From Vezdaea acicularis (Eukaryota), in assembly GCA_026025075.1 (NCBI GenBank), contig JAPEUI010000063.1, forward strand, positions 62,001-101,594: DNA of 39,594 bases. Reading direction: 5' to 3'. The notes beneath the pieces are model-generated. The model searched no databases. It was not told where the DNA came from and saw only the letters and a program-made list of their open reading frames with translations. The translations under genes and the position numbers were made by a program. Position 1 is the first letter of the stretch; the number at the start of each line of letters is the position of its first letter. This document shows, in pieces, positions 10,178 through 22,531 of the stretch.

Positions 10178-12642
10178 GTAAAAGGCGGCCGAAAATGGGA
10201 ATGTTGACGTGATGGTTTACGGAAAGGTTAATGGGAGATTTCGGAGCACTCTACTAAGCTAGCGGGTGGGCCCAAGAGGATTCACATAAAAACAACTGGT
10301 TAAAGGCGTTGACGGATTCACGGACAGGATCGCTTGCACAATGCGACGAATCCAATGTATACACAAATTGAAAAGCCACTTTCGACTGGAAGAGATATAG
10401 GCTTGACGTCACAAACAAAGGCCAGTGGGCAATGTGTGAAGTGATGGGATGATGATACGTCGAGAGAGAGATCTGCATCTACGGAAAATCTATGTGGCCG
10501 TGTGTGCTTGAATACGACCATGAGCGGTTATGCAGCAACCCACATGTGACTGACGCATCGAGTCTCGAGCCACCCACCGGCTCACAGGTATGGATCACCC
10601 GGAATAAAGGAAATGATGCCACGGTTTATGCCCTTGTCAATCATCGCGTCTCTGGACCCAGTAGCGTCCCTTACCTACCATAGATGAAGCATCTGCTCAT
10701 CGGATTCACCGGCTGAAAGCAGATTGGCAGGGAGGGGGTGGTCATAGCTTGACAAGGCTGCAGGATCGTTCAGTGAGCGTGCGTGACAGGCCGGATCAGG
10801 GAATTCGAGGAATCGTCACGAAGCTCCGGCGATGCCCTTGCGCCATTCGGCGCGAGAGTAAGGCCGTACGGGGGTGGCTGAATGCTATAAGGCAGATGTT
10901 GTAAGCCAACAAGGTGGACAGAGCGTTTCGACAACGTTGATTGATCGCCTTGTTAACAAGGGAGTGCATGGCGCCCTACGCACTGAGACCCGGGAAAGAT
11001 CTTGTCTGGCAGACAGCAAGTAAAGCAAGAAACGATAGTCTGATTCATAAGAGAGTGAGGGAGGGGTATGCCGGTATAGGCAATCCAATTGGGGTCCTGG
11101 CATTAGAGAGTCTGTCTGTTAGGACCAATGATAGGGTACAGACCAGTCGGTCAACCATGCCGGCCTCAGAGATATAGCTGCATACCGAAACTGCCACATC
11201 TCGTACAGATGACAAGCAAGAGGCCTGGGTGAGAATCCTTTCGTTCATGGCGGGTATCAACAATAGAGGCGCCGTCTTATCAACTCGTCCCTCCTAGTTC
11301 CAATGCTTCATGATGATTCATTCGCCGAATAGATCTGAATCGGCTGGGCCGAGGCAAATACCGTGTTGCATGGGAGCTGAAAGAACTGATGCTGAAACCG
11401 GACGAAGGTCGTTGAGCCTCGGCGATGCCCAATTTGTTCTACTCGTAAGGGAAGAGAAACTATCCTGCGGTAACACCCCTAGCACAGCGCCTGTCCCCCT
11501 CGAACGCCATACCCTTAATTTTTATAAAGCCCCGAAAGTCAATTCAAAAGCGTGACCGTACGCAGGGATCTTTCCCCGGGCATCATACTTAGTTCGTTGG
11601 CCGCTCAAATTTCCTTGAATGGTGATATGGAGGTGTTCTGGAGCTGTAACGGCATAAGGAGCGCGATGAAAAGAATTCGGGCTTTGCCGCTGCACGTGGG
11701 ATTACGCGCCGTTTACAGGGCTAGTCAAGCATCCACGTCCCTCAGTGTTCGACTCCCGCTCATCAACACGAGCCCGATACACGGGTTCGCATCTGCCATA
11801 TCGCGGAGACCCGATCGATCGGCGTCAGATTCGGCAAAGGCGTCCGACTGAGGGCACGGGCACTTGGAGAGCAATCATTCGCGTGACATCTCACATGAGA
11901 TGTCTTGTTCCTGAGACGGGTCTGAGAAACTCCAACGCTGTACCAAGACAGAGTTGACGGATCTTGGATCTTCTCGAGTTCTTTTGTTGTCTTGTTTTAA
12001 TACATCTACTCTGCCTATTGCCCCTAGCGTGAGCACCTGTGCCTCACTTCGCACGCTCCGCGTTCTTCAAGCTCAACCCTTGGGAAAGCCCAAGGCGGAC
12101 CACCATTGGAAGGGAGTAGCATATCCCACGTTTAGGAAGGTTTGTGTTCAACACGGCTTGCTCTCTTCGCTGGTGTGGTGGGGGAATTGAGGGGCAGCAG
12201 TTGAGACAACCCTGCGCTGTCAACACGCCAACCGCCAATAGGGGCATCGTCAGCGGGCCTCGGTCACCATCCTCCTGCGGGAGACACGGCTAGGGTGAGT
12301 GACAAGCAGAATTGCATAGCATCATCATTTGCCTGAAGGCAAACCAATGGAAGATATGCGTCGCCACTTCTTACCCCATCTTGCATTCTCCGAGCCCCCA
12401 TCTTCATTTCACCCGCCGGCTTCAGTGCGCCCCGCTCTTTCTTTCTGCCCGCTCGTCGGTCGATGCTGTCCGTATCGACTCTTCGAGGCTATATCTGTCT
12501 GCTTTCCGCCCCTTTCTCTTCCACTCTATCCTAGATTCTCCTCGATTACGATAACACTTTTACTATTCGCTTTTCTCAACTTGTTTACACCTCCTTTTCA
12601 CGTTCACATTTCGTTCACGAAGTCCAAAATATCGCATACAGG

Positions 12643-12945
12643 ATGTCTAGTAATGGAGCAGCAGCAAATATCACCATCCAAAACGCTCTAGATATCGTCC
12701 GTAGCTGTAACGGAGAGCAAGTTGATCCCGCTGTGACTGCTCTCTTGAACCAATTTGTTGCAGAAATCTGGCAACGCATCGGCCCTGAACCATCTTCTTA
12801 TATTCTGACTCAACTAGAGTTCGCTGTATTCAATTTCTATCAGGACAGATTTAGGGAGTACCCCGCCTATCGCGCCGCCATTGGCCGCTTCTGGACCCAT
12901 TACGGGTACACTGGGCAGAACGGCGCTGCCGGGGCTCAGTCTTAA
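12643..12945 (+). CDS. 100-aa hypothetical protein (probably a small helical fungal protein)
   Basis: ATG-initiated ORF after a pyrimidine-rich 5' region. It has protein-like amphipathic segments (ITIQNALDIVR, VAEIWQRI, YILTQLEFAVFNFYQDRF, AIGRFW). No family assigned. Confidence 0.7.
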   Translation: MSSNGAAANITIQNALDIVRSCNGEQVDPAVTALLNQFVAEIWQRIGPEPSSYILTQLEFAVFNFYQDRFREYPAYRAAIGRFWTHYGYTGQNGAAGAQS

Positions 12946-13107
12946 ATTAAAGACGCATCGTTGTCGCGAGATAGGAGCCTCACACGCGGCAACGGTTTAT
13001 CCTCCATAGGCTCCTCCCTAGCACGTTCTTCAAGCGACATAACGAAGCTAGGATACGTCAATTGCCAGAAAGGGATCATTACCCTAAGTTTCCAAGACCC
13101 CTTCACC

Positions 13108-15427
13108 ATGGCAAGAACACCTACCGGGCAGGCCCAGTCAATTCCCACCAGCCCGGATGACCTCAACGTATCTCCTCCATCCAAACTTCCATCCTCACTT
13201 GGCTATGCTAAAGGGATGCATCTAAGTAGCATCGTCCCCTTCATCCAAGGCAAAAAAGGAAATATCCTGTCGGAGCGCTCGAGAGCCGGTACTAGCTCGC
13301 GCTTCTGGAACATCTCATCAAGGCGATCAACTGCAATTTTCTTCGCTTTACTAATCCTCTACCTGTGGCGATTTCATCTGCAGACATTTTTAATCACTTC
13401 GCAAGATCACTCTGTATTTGGCCCAGATATCAAGAATATCCACTCCCGACCGAGTAAGGAAGTATTGCTCGATGTTTTCCAGGTCCGAGAACCTGTTCCT
13501 ACGATTCCTAGTGCATCTCTACAGCCCGTGGATTCGGACGGGTCCTACACACAGACCGATGGTGCGCCTCAGACAGTGTCTCACAGGAGGGATGACTGTA
13601 CTAGAAGCTTGATGGAACACTCTTTCGGGTTCAGTTACGGGATCCCTTTCATTGGTATTTGGTTCTTCGCCTCCTTCTGCTTTCGGTGCTAATGGTATGT
13701 CAGGTAATTATGCACCACCAAGTTGCACGTTCGATAAGGTGACGATCAACTTCACTGTCACGTCAAGAGGACGCCAATTTGACCGATTGGGATCCATGTA
13801 TCTTGGTGACATCGAGGTGTTCAGGACCTCAACGGCGGAGCCTACTTACGATGGCATTCGTTGGGAGTACCTCAAAGATATGTCGCATTACCTGACCCTA
13901 TTTCGTCAACCTCAGAAGATCATCTTCGATCTCGGAAATCTCATAGACGACACATACACGGCTCCCTTCAATGCTACGCTAATCGCGACATTCTTCGCCA
14001 GCTCTGAGAAGACCAATGCAGCCGATGTTATCTACCCTATCTCAGCTCGAAGATCAGCAAAGGACGCCCCAAGCGCTTTCTCAGTACCTGGAGAGAATGC
14101 TTCTGTCTCTGTAGACTTCCCAAGGAATGTGCGACGCGCAGTTGTCTCCATTGCTGCGTGCGGACAAGGCGACGAGGAGTTCTGGTTTGGCAATGTTCCG
14201 CAATCGCAGATCGATGCATTTCCGGACATTGCTCCTATGTTCGGGTACTCTCCTTTTCGAGAGGTACAGCTCCTTGTTGACGGCAAGCTGGCTGGCGTCG
14301 TCTGGCCTTTCCCGATTGTGTTTACCGGCGGCGTTGTGCCAGGTCTCTGGAGACCCGTCGTCGGATTAGATGCATTCGACCTTCGAGAACACGAGATAGA
14401 CATCACGAGGCTTCTTCCAAACCTATGTGATGGAGATCCTAAAGGTCACACTTTTGAGATTCGAGTCGTTGGCATCGATGATACGGACGACGCCCCACCT
14501 ACCCTTTCAAAAACTGTCGGTCAACGTTGGGTCGTCTCTGGCAAGATCTTTCTGTGGCTAGATGAACCTGATCACATCACCGTCGGACAAGTGTACGATC
14601 CATTCTCTGACCAGGTGCAGCTTCTTATGCAATCCTCTGTTGGGCAGAACGACGCTGGCAAGAACATCTCCTTGACATTTGATACCTTTGCGACGAGGAT
14701 CTACACCCAGTTTTCTACCTTATACACGTCGACCGGTGCAAGCAGTGTGTCCTGGCGACAAGTACTCTTTTACACAAATACAGCAAAGTTCACAGAGAAA
14801 GGCGCCGTCCAGCTCATTGAGCAGAATACGAGGGGGTATGACGCTGCTACAGGCTTCAACCCCTACGTCAAGGCTTACCACTACCCGATCTGGCTTAATA
14901 CATCGTTCCACCTCGATTCTAGGAGCGGAAACTTCACAATCGACGCGCCCATCGCTCGTGGTCTCTTTTTAGACACGTGGGGCTCATCAGTCTTTCCTCT
15001 ACAACTTGACGCCTTCCCAAACTTCAAACCTTGGCCAAACGACACCGTCTACGGTGCCGGCATTCACACAACGCAGAATGGAAGTGCGCATTACCTCGGC
15101 GTTCCATCCAAGAAGAGTGCGTACGGCTATGGCCAGACTGAGCAAAACTTCAGCTTTGAGGGCTTGCACACACCGCCTCGTTTTCGTGAAATCTCCCTGG
15201 ATGAAGTCTCAACCGCGTCGCCGTTCCCTGGGGAAGAACTGTACTTCCGGCATGTCCTTGCAGCAAATAACACAGTACTATCAGACAGGGAAAAGATATC
15301 TGGAAGTATAACGAGAGATTACTTCAACACAGACATACCTACCGAGAAAAGTTTGCAGCATGTTCAGTCACTAGATGTGCCTAGGTTACCACAACGGATT
15401 AAAAAGTTTCTTGGCATCCCGCGATGA
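13108..15427 (+). CDS. Peptide-N4-(N-acetyl-beta-glucosaminyl)asparagine amidase A (acidic PNGase A family); 2 exons
   Basis: CACCATGG start, hydrophobic anchor TAIFFALLILYLWRF, HSFGFSYGIPF, GRQFDRL, RTSTAEP, GDEEFW, SPFREVQL and PFPIVFTGGVVPGLWRP. Intron 13655-13703. Confidence 0.92.
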
Positions 15428-15888
15428 TTTGTATTCATTTTGCATTAATGGTATAAAAGCAAAAGGGCTCCCTCTACCTCCTGTCCTTCCCGCATTCATC
15501 TGTTTTCTTACTGTGGAAGCAAGCCATTCGTTTAATTTCTTTTCGGAACGCGGTATCTCTGCCAAGTCCTACCTCAATTGTTAGGTTTTTGTCGAATTTG
15601 TTCTCTCGTTCAGATGGTACGCGCGCAAGCGCTGGGCAGGCGGGTTTGGCGTTTTGCCAGGCCAGGACTATTATCCTTTTTACTATCGTTTTATGGTCTA
15701 ATCTGAAACAATGCTTTCCACTCACTTGATCGGACCAAGATATGACCTGAAGCAAACAGGAGTAGATCGCGAAGTGATGACCATGGAAATCAAAGAGGTG
15801 TCTGTTGAGAGAGTCTATCACCCTTCCCTTTAACTTGATTTTGGAGCTATGTACAAGATTATCACGCCTTCACCCCGTAACACTGCCA

Positions 15889-16585
15889 TCATACAAACGT
15901 TCGGCACGGATACCTAAACACCTCGTTAGCTCAGCCCTCTCCGAACCAACTAGAAACCGGATACATACTTCTCAGGATACCCGTTCTCCGTATCAATAAC
16001 ATAATTCTTCCCTTCAGGGCGCGGACTCAATGAACCCGGAAGGGGTGGGAGGCCATCCTTCCCCAACACACCCCTCACACTCTTCCCATCCCGTTCGAAC
16101 AAGGCCGCCAAGCCCTTCTCCTCGCCCTCCTCCCTAACCTTCACCAACTCCTTCGAGCCCGCCTCCCCAACCAGCTCTTTCGTCGGGGCCGCCTTACTCC
16201 CCACGCTCAGCAAGCCCACTACGTCAGCCTGGCCAACGACGCTCAGCCGCGGGTAACTCCTCCGCACATCACGCTTCCAATACGGATTTTCGGCGATGTC
16301 GGCCGCGGGCACGGTAGTCGGGTCGTCATATTCTTCAGCCGGGTTCGCGCCGGGGGGTGGGTTACGGAATTGAGGGTTTAGCGGTATGCCATTCGAGCGC
16401 GAGGGGTCGATGGAGAGAGTACGCCGGATGCGTTCCCAGATGCCGGTAGATTGTACGGTATATTTCTAAAAGCGGTCAGTAGGGCTGTGGAACTTTCGGG
16501 CCGGAGGTGGGGTGAAGAGGACCTTATGGACGGGGATCACGCGTGAGGCCGATTGGGCTGCTTGGGCGGCGGATTTGGACGACAT
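15889..16585 (-). CDS. nuo-21.3a: NADH:ubiquinone oxidoreductase 21.3-kDa accessory subunit (NUZM type); 3 exons
   Basis: KYTVQSTGIWERIRR, RSNGIPLNPQFRNPPPG, DIAENPYWKRDVRRSYPRLS and C-terminal YPCRTFV. Introns 16522-16466 and 15968-15914. Confidence 0.9.
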
Positions 16586-17261
16586 TGCTTAGTGACGGCC
16601 TGGATGGAGGGATTGGTGAGCAGGCCGTATAGAGTAAGAGTTGAAATAGTAGGTTCGCACGTGTCTCTAATACGAGGCCAGGGTCCTATGGCGTGAGAGA
16701 GATGAATACGTAGGGCTGAGGTTGAAGCTCGTCTTCCCTTTTACGGCGGGAGTACCTAAGCGAAATCGCGAGTACGATTACGGTATAAACGACTGGTCTC
16801 ATATACTACGAGGGGACGGTGTACTCAAATATTTTATTCGCAGGGCATAATCGTTAGGGATTAACTAGACTTTTTTTTGAGCCGCTCGATGGTCAATACT
16901 TGCCGTTGTCCACGTCCGTTATGGTAGATATCAGGAAGGCAGCACAGACTTGCCGACTTTCACCAAGCGAAAGCTCAAGATGGCGTTATTTGCAAAACAT
17001 GTTCCTCATACGCTTGGATGTAATAAGCACTAAGATACAAGCTTTTGAAGATGAAGAGTACACGTAATTCGACGTATGACAGAAGCAATAACGATCTAGA
17101 TATCGCACGACGCTTCCAACCCATTATCCGTAGCAAGGAAAAGTAGGTTTTGACTATCCTATCGTATCGAAGAACCAATTGAGTCACTAGAGAAGAACAA
17201 CTCATCCGATGATAGAGATATTCCAAAGTGTTTATAAGTAAATGAGCTGAGAAGTTCAACT

Positions 17262-18061
17262 TCAAGCAGTCCCATCAATCTTAGCAGCCGTATCAGCGAC
17301 ATCAGCGGCTACATTAGCCTTGTCTTCGTCTTCTTTCTGTTCTGCAGACTTTACTTTCTGGACAGGAGCTCCATTGGCGGCAGAAGTAGAAGAATTGACC
17401 AACTTCTTGACGACTTCAACGGTAGCGGCAGGGCCACCAGGTTCGGAAGCCAGGACTTTTCCATGCTTGTCGACGACAAACACCCCGCGAGTGGTGCCAG
17501 CAGGAGCTTTCTTGAGTCCAATTGCTCCGATCAAAGTACGATCTTTGTCACAGAGGAGAGTATAGGGAAGCTTCTGCTTGGTCTTGAAGGTGGTGTTCGA
17601 TTTCGGCGAATCGTTGGAAAGACCATAGATGGAGAAGCCCGTGGCAGTGAGAGGTTCATAGGAGTCCCTAAAGAGACATGCCTGAGTGGTACCTATGCCA
17701 TAACTTAATAAGGCGTCATCTAAGAAGCGGGGTGGGACCTACATCCAGGAGTAGAAGCCTTGGGGTAGGTAAAGAGGACAACGCCGTTCTGGCTCTCATC
17801 AACAAGCTGCTTGAGGGTTGTTTTCTCTCCGTCGTGGGTCTCAACTTCTCCGCCAAAGCCCGCTAGGGTCAAGGTACTGCCAACACTAGTTGCGCCAGCG
17901 GCTTTTGCGCCATTGGTAGCAGCAGCGCCCTTCTTACCAACAACAGCTTCTTTAACTTTCTTTGCGGTATCTTTAATGGGGTTATTGGTCTTCTTCTTGG
18001 CGGGGGGAGCTGCTGCTGGAGGAGCGGCAGGAGCTTTGCGCTTTCGCAATTCGACGGGCAT
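17262..18061 (-). CDS. DOT5: BCP/PrxQ-type peroxiredoxin with basic N-terminal extension; 2 exons
   Basis: MPVELRKRK (NLS-like); FTYPKASTPGCTTQACLFRD (CxxxxC) formed across intron 17742-17693. Confidence 0.9.
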
Positions 18062-19148
18062 GATTACTTGTGCTTGAGTTGTCCTGTTAAAAATCTTGAG
18101 ACTCAACAGGTTCTAGTTGGATTGCTGCGCGTAAATGCAACCTTTCCTCCTAAGTCTAGGAGGGTGGATGTGTTGAGTTGAGGTCGGCGCAACGACTGAA
18201 GGTGGCTTGGATCGCGAATGCGCGCAATATCAAGGCTGGAAACAGGCCTTGAAAGTCAAGTCTTGCACTCGCCGCCAAGAAAAAGGTATGGAATGCAGAC
18301 GCGCAAAGGGTTAAGACAATTGCGCAAGCAAACAAGGGTTAGAATAAGCTCTCTGGGGATGGTGAATCAAAGAGAGGGTTTGTTTGCTAGAGAAGCTCGA
18401 GGTAGGTTGTCTCCGCACTTATAGCACGGCGTCAGGGGCCATGCTTAAAGCTTGCGTTGACGGGCTAACCGTAGGAGCTGTTGGGGGTCTGGCCAATGAC
18501 AGGGAGCGACAAGCACGGGAGGAAGAACAGGTAGATATCCATGCGGGAATCACTATAATTAAGTTATGAGGACTCATTGAGAGCTCGGGATTTGCCCGAT
18601 TGAACTCTTTAGAGAAGTAACTCTCTTCAGAAAAGAAAAATTGAAGTCATTGTAACGTGATATTGCCAAGGGCTAGCTCGCGTCTAACTGCCATGCTTTC
18701 ACGAGCTGACACGGATCTCTCAGCCATGTAAGTCATGGCTGTCGATCTTAGTCACCTTGAGTTTTCCGTGCACATTTGATCGGCGAAACCTTTCTGCTGC
18801 TCCAGTGCCGACGGATTTTCTTCGCGGACCGATCTCGCCGCTCGCTTGTCTCTTGGCCAATCACGACATTTCCTCGTCCCAATTGACCTCTCGAATTTTC
18901 TTGAAGCCCGCGGACTCACTGATTTTTGAAGATCCAGCTTATCATCAAACGTTGCTTTCGTTCCGACTCACCTCCCCACCTCCACTCACTCTTTCGTAAA
19001 TACATCTCCATCCTCAACCTGACACTGACATCGACTTTATCCGAATACAGTAGGCCATCAACCAGCGGTTCCTCCTGTGCAGTTCATTCCCGTCGCCTCT
19101 TCTCCTGTGGGCGACCCACCTCGTGCCGACGCACACAAATCACCCGCA

Positions 19149-19780
19149 ATGAAAGTCTTCGAAGCAGACTGCACATTCAACTACTCCTGGGATGAAGTTT
19201 CCACCGGCGCCTGGCGTAAATATTGTCCCTGGAACGACAAAGTATCGCACGTGATAGCCGTCGACACGATATCTCGCACCGTCGATCCCAACACCGGCAT
19301 CGTACGTCTCTCTCCCCCTTCTGTTCATTCCCCCAAAGTCGTGATACTAACTCGTGATGACAGCTCCGCACAGAACGAATAATAACCTGCCGGCAATGCG
19401 CGCCGAAGTGGCTCACGCATATAATCGGGTCGGACCCAACCTCGCACGTCTACGAAACATCCTACGTTGACCCCGCCACCAAGAAGTTCACGATCTGCAG
19501 CACGAATCTGACATGGTCGAACGCACTGTCTGTCCGGGAATCAGTCGTCTATCGACCTTCGAAGACAGCGCCAGAGAGTCAGACGCAGTTCAAGCAAGAC
19601 GCGAAGATTACAGCCCTATGTGGTGGGTGGCAGAAGGTCAAGGATCGGCTGGAGGATATCACGGTAGAGCGGTTCGGTCAGAATGCACAGAAGGGACGAG
19701 AAGGTCTCGAGGCGGTATTGGAGATGAGCAGGAGGGTATTTGGAGAGGAAAAGGCGCGTAGAGAGGACCAGTTGGCGTAG
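19149..19780 (+). CDS. UPS2: PRELI/MSF1-domain mitochondrial phospholipid transfer protein; 2 exons
   Basis: MKVF..FNYSWDEVS..WRKY, HVIAVDT, LRTERIITC, STNLT and ERFGQNAQKGREGLE. Intron 19302-19363. Confidence 0.88.
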
Positions 19781-20238
19781 CCATCTTTGCTCCGTATGCG
19801 AATTTGACGAGCTGATAGTCCTCTAAACGCCTCCGGGAATCAACAGCGGTGTTTTTCAGCATTTCAAGCGAGTTACAGCATTTTCACGGGTTATAGAAGG
19901 ACGGATCGGCGCTCTTGGATTTGGTGGATTGCTGCGTTTCAACAGCGAGCAATTAGACATGCATTAGAACGAAATTAGAAGACCTTCTTTCCCAACCAGT
20001 CAACGAAAAGATAAGATATCTCGCTCCCAGTCTGGCTCCCATGCATCCAGCCCCCGAACCATGGCCGGGTTGAACGCCAAGCTCTCCTGTTCATGCGCAG
20101 CTACATGCGGTACAGACTAAGATGTCCCTCCAAGCGCGGAAGCGCCCACTCGCAGGGACTAAAAGAATCTACTCGAAACGTGGTAATCGAAGGTAAGATA
20201 TGTAGGATGAAATGAAAAGTGAGAAAGTGTTGGAGATG

Positions 20239-21869
20239 TTAGGAGGAGCCAATTTCACCCAACCGCAGAGCGAGAAGGGCTCGCACGTCTACAACATACT
20301 GCAGAGCTTCAAGCAGCGGGATAAGATGCAGGAGGTCGTTATCCGTCGGGTCGCTAATCCAACCTTCAATGGGAATCCCATTATCTGACCATGTCGTTAG
20401 CACGCCCTGCTCTCACATGTACATCTCAGAGCTGACTCACCCTCATGGAACGCATAGCTCGTTGGACTATTATCGACAATCATGACCTTACTCAAATCAG
20501 GCTCCACTGCAGACAGATCCTTGATATATGATCCATTCCGGAACGTGCAATGCTGCCTATAGTACCTCCCTGCAAAATATTTCCGGTCCTGCTCCAACCA
20601 GTCAATGACCGGGTCTGCATACTCCTGCACGCTCGCAGTAAACACAACGAGGTTGTACCACTTGCACACTTTCCGCAAGAATTCGTCGCAGTGGGGTCGT
20701 TTGTGTACATAGTACAAAATTGGGTGTTGAGGGCCAAAAGCCATTGCATTGAGCTTCACTTCGACCATGTGCCCGGTGCTCATACGACCACCTTTTGAAA
20801 GTGAGTGAATTAGTGTTTCGTCCAGATCGAGGATAAGTGTCTTTTGCGCGAGACGGGAGGTACTGGGGTCGGGGAAGGCGTATGAGGGTTGCCGGCGGGG
20901 AATCAGAGGTCGTGGGGGCTTGGGGATACGAGGGTATTTGGACAGGCCAGCAGAGGTGGGGGGGGAGGTTGGGGACTTGAGTGTTTCCGGGGAGATGGAG
21001 ATGGAGGGGTTGGAGGAGTCATTGGTGCTCATGGATGCAGTTCTTCTCTTCTTTGGTCGTTGGGTGTCGTCGTTGTTTAGTTTTATTCGAATGCTTCTGC
21101 GCATAGGCGCGCTGTCATCGCCTTTTTCAGATGATGACTTCGAGCGCGTATTATGTGACGGACTTCCTCTATCCGCTCTTCCATTCTTCGTTGACCTCTC
21201 CAGATCATCATCCGATTCCGATGTGAAAGCAGACGACGACGATGACGCGGAAGGCGATCTTTTGAGCGGTGGAGATTGTTGCTTTCGCCGCAGAGAGCGC
21301 TTTCCTTGACCTTTTGACAAAGACTTCTCGTTTAAGTCCATAGATCCTAGTGTAGAAGATTGTTGCACGGGTGTCCTTGTCTTGCTACTAGAAAGAAAGC
21401 GACCTGCGTTTCGCGCTGGTAGGAAAGGGGAAAAGTTGCCTTTGCTATCGTAGAAGCATGATATAACATAAACTCCAGGCGCCGCTAATGTCGAGAACAC
21501 CCATCTAATTGAGTCTAAGAGCGCGTTGATTATTCCTTTAGAGATCGATAGCCATGGGTGCGGCTTAACAAAGTCCGCTCTTGAATCTATATCCCGGTGT
21601 AACAGAGGTGTCTTTTCGTCAATGTTCCCTTGATCGATGTCGGCAACCTCTCTCTCGTTCACCTCGCTGATAGTTTCGCTAGAAGGCTTTGTGTTTCCAA
21701 CCTCTTTCTCAGCTGTTAGAGATGTAGGGCCATAACTAGACGTTCTGCGCGATGGCGACGGCCGTGTTCCTGCCTTTGTGAGGTCCGCATAGGACTGTGA
21801 GCGAGACTGGCCAGGGGTTCGGTCTGGGGTGCGAATGACGCGGGCGGAGATAAGATTCAATGAGTTCAT
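20239..21869 (-). CDS. NEM1: Nem1/CTDNEP1-type FCP1-like HAD phosphatase; 2 exons
   Basis: MNSLN start, hydrophobic segment near the N-terminus, KTLILDLDETLIHS, VHKRPHCDEFL, YIKDLS and IVDNSP. Intron 20440-20385, then DNGIPIEGWISDPTD. Confidence 0.92.
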
Positions 21870-21964
21870 GGTATGCTTCCTGCCATAGACAGTAGCAGCT
21901 TGCCAGTCTCCTGCTATCCCTTAGTCCTTAGACAACATAGCGCTGTTGCAATCAAGGTCTGAAT

Positions 21965-21986
21965 TGCTGAGTCTCTGCTGAGTCTC
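21965..21986. repeat. Tandem duplication (TGCTGAGTCTC)x2 upstream of NEM1
   Basis: Read directly from the sequence. Confidence 0.7.
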
Positions 21987-22531
21987 CGCTGCTGCTGTTT
22001 AAGACACTCGAATGTTCTGACGGTCTCCTACTCAAATCGTGCAAAGCGGAAATAAGGAGAGGATGGCCAATGACAAGGTACTCCTGGATGATCTAACTCT
22101 CAAAGGTTCATCCGGATCAGAGCCGACGAATGCAAGTATAGTGGTAGGGACAGGTTGAGGTGGGGGTGTAAAGGCTGGGAGTGTCCGGGTGATGCTGAAT
22201 GCGCTTTGCACTAAAAAGATCCCTGCAATTCCGGAAGCGAGCAAACAAGACATCAAAATATCGAACGCTTCATATTGGATGTAGCTCACGGAGTCCATTG
22301 CATGAATCGAGATCTTCCATTCCTTTAGCATGTACGGTACGACTGTCGCTATTCCCTATGATATTGGCGCAGGAAGGATTTGGTGCAGAAGTCATCCTCA
22401 TATCAATCTGCATCTTTGACTGAGTCGATTTAACTCAACGGAAGTGCCCTCTTGATTGGGAAGCTATAAGATTTGACCCCACCCCGCGCCCAAACGCAGT
22501 TCAATCTACCCCAGTCTCCTTCTCAGTCAAA

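Noticed and set aside
10948..10961. Perfect 14-bp palindrome CCTTGTTAACAAGG
   Set aside because: About two such palindromes are expected by chance in 40 kb, and there is no supporting context.
10178..12642. Telomerase RNA, snRNA or tRNA in the long gap
   Set aside because: No CTAACCC template, snRNA signature or cloverleaf was found by eye; the GGTTCG-like hits lack T-stems.
15889..21869. Apparent mitochondrial/lipid gene cluster (nuo-21.3a, DOT5, UPS2, NEM1)
   Set aside because: These are housekeeping genes with no single shared pathway; ordinary synteny is sufficient explanation.
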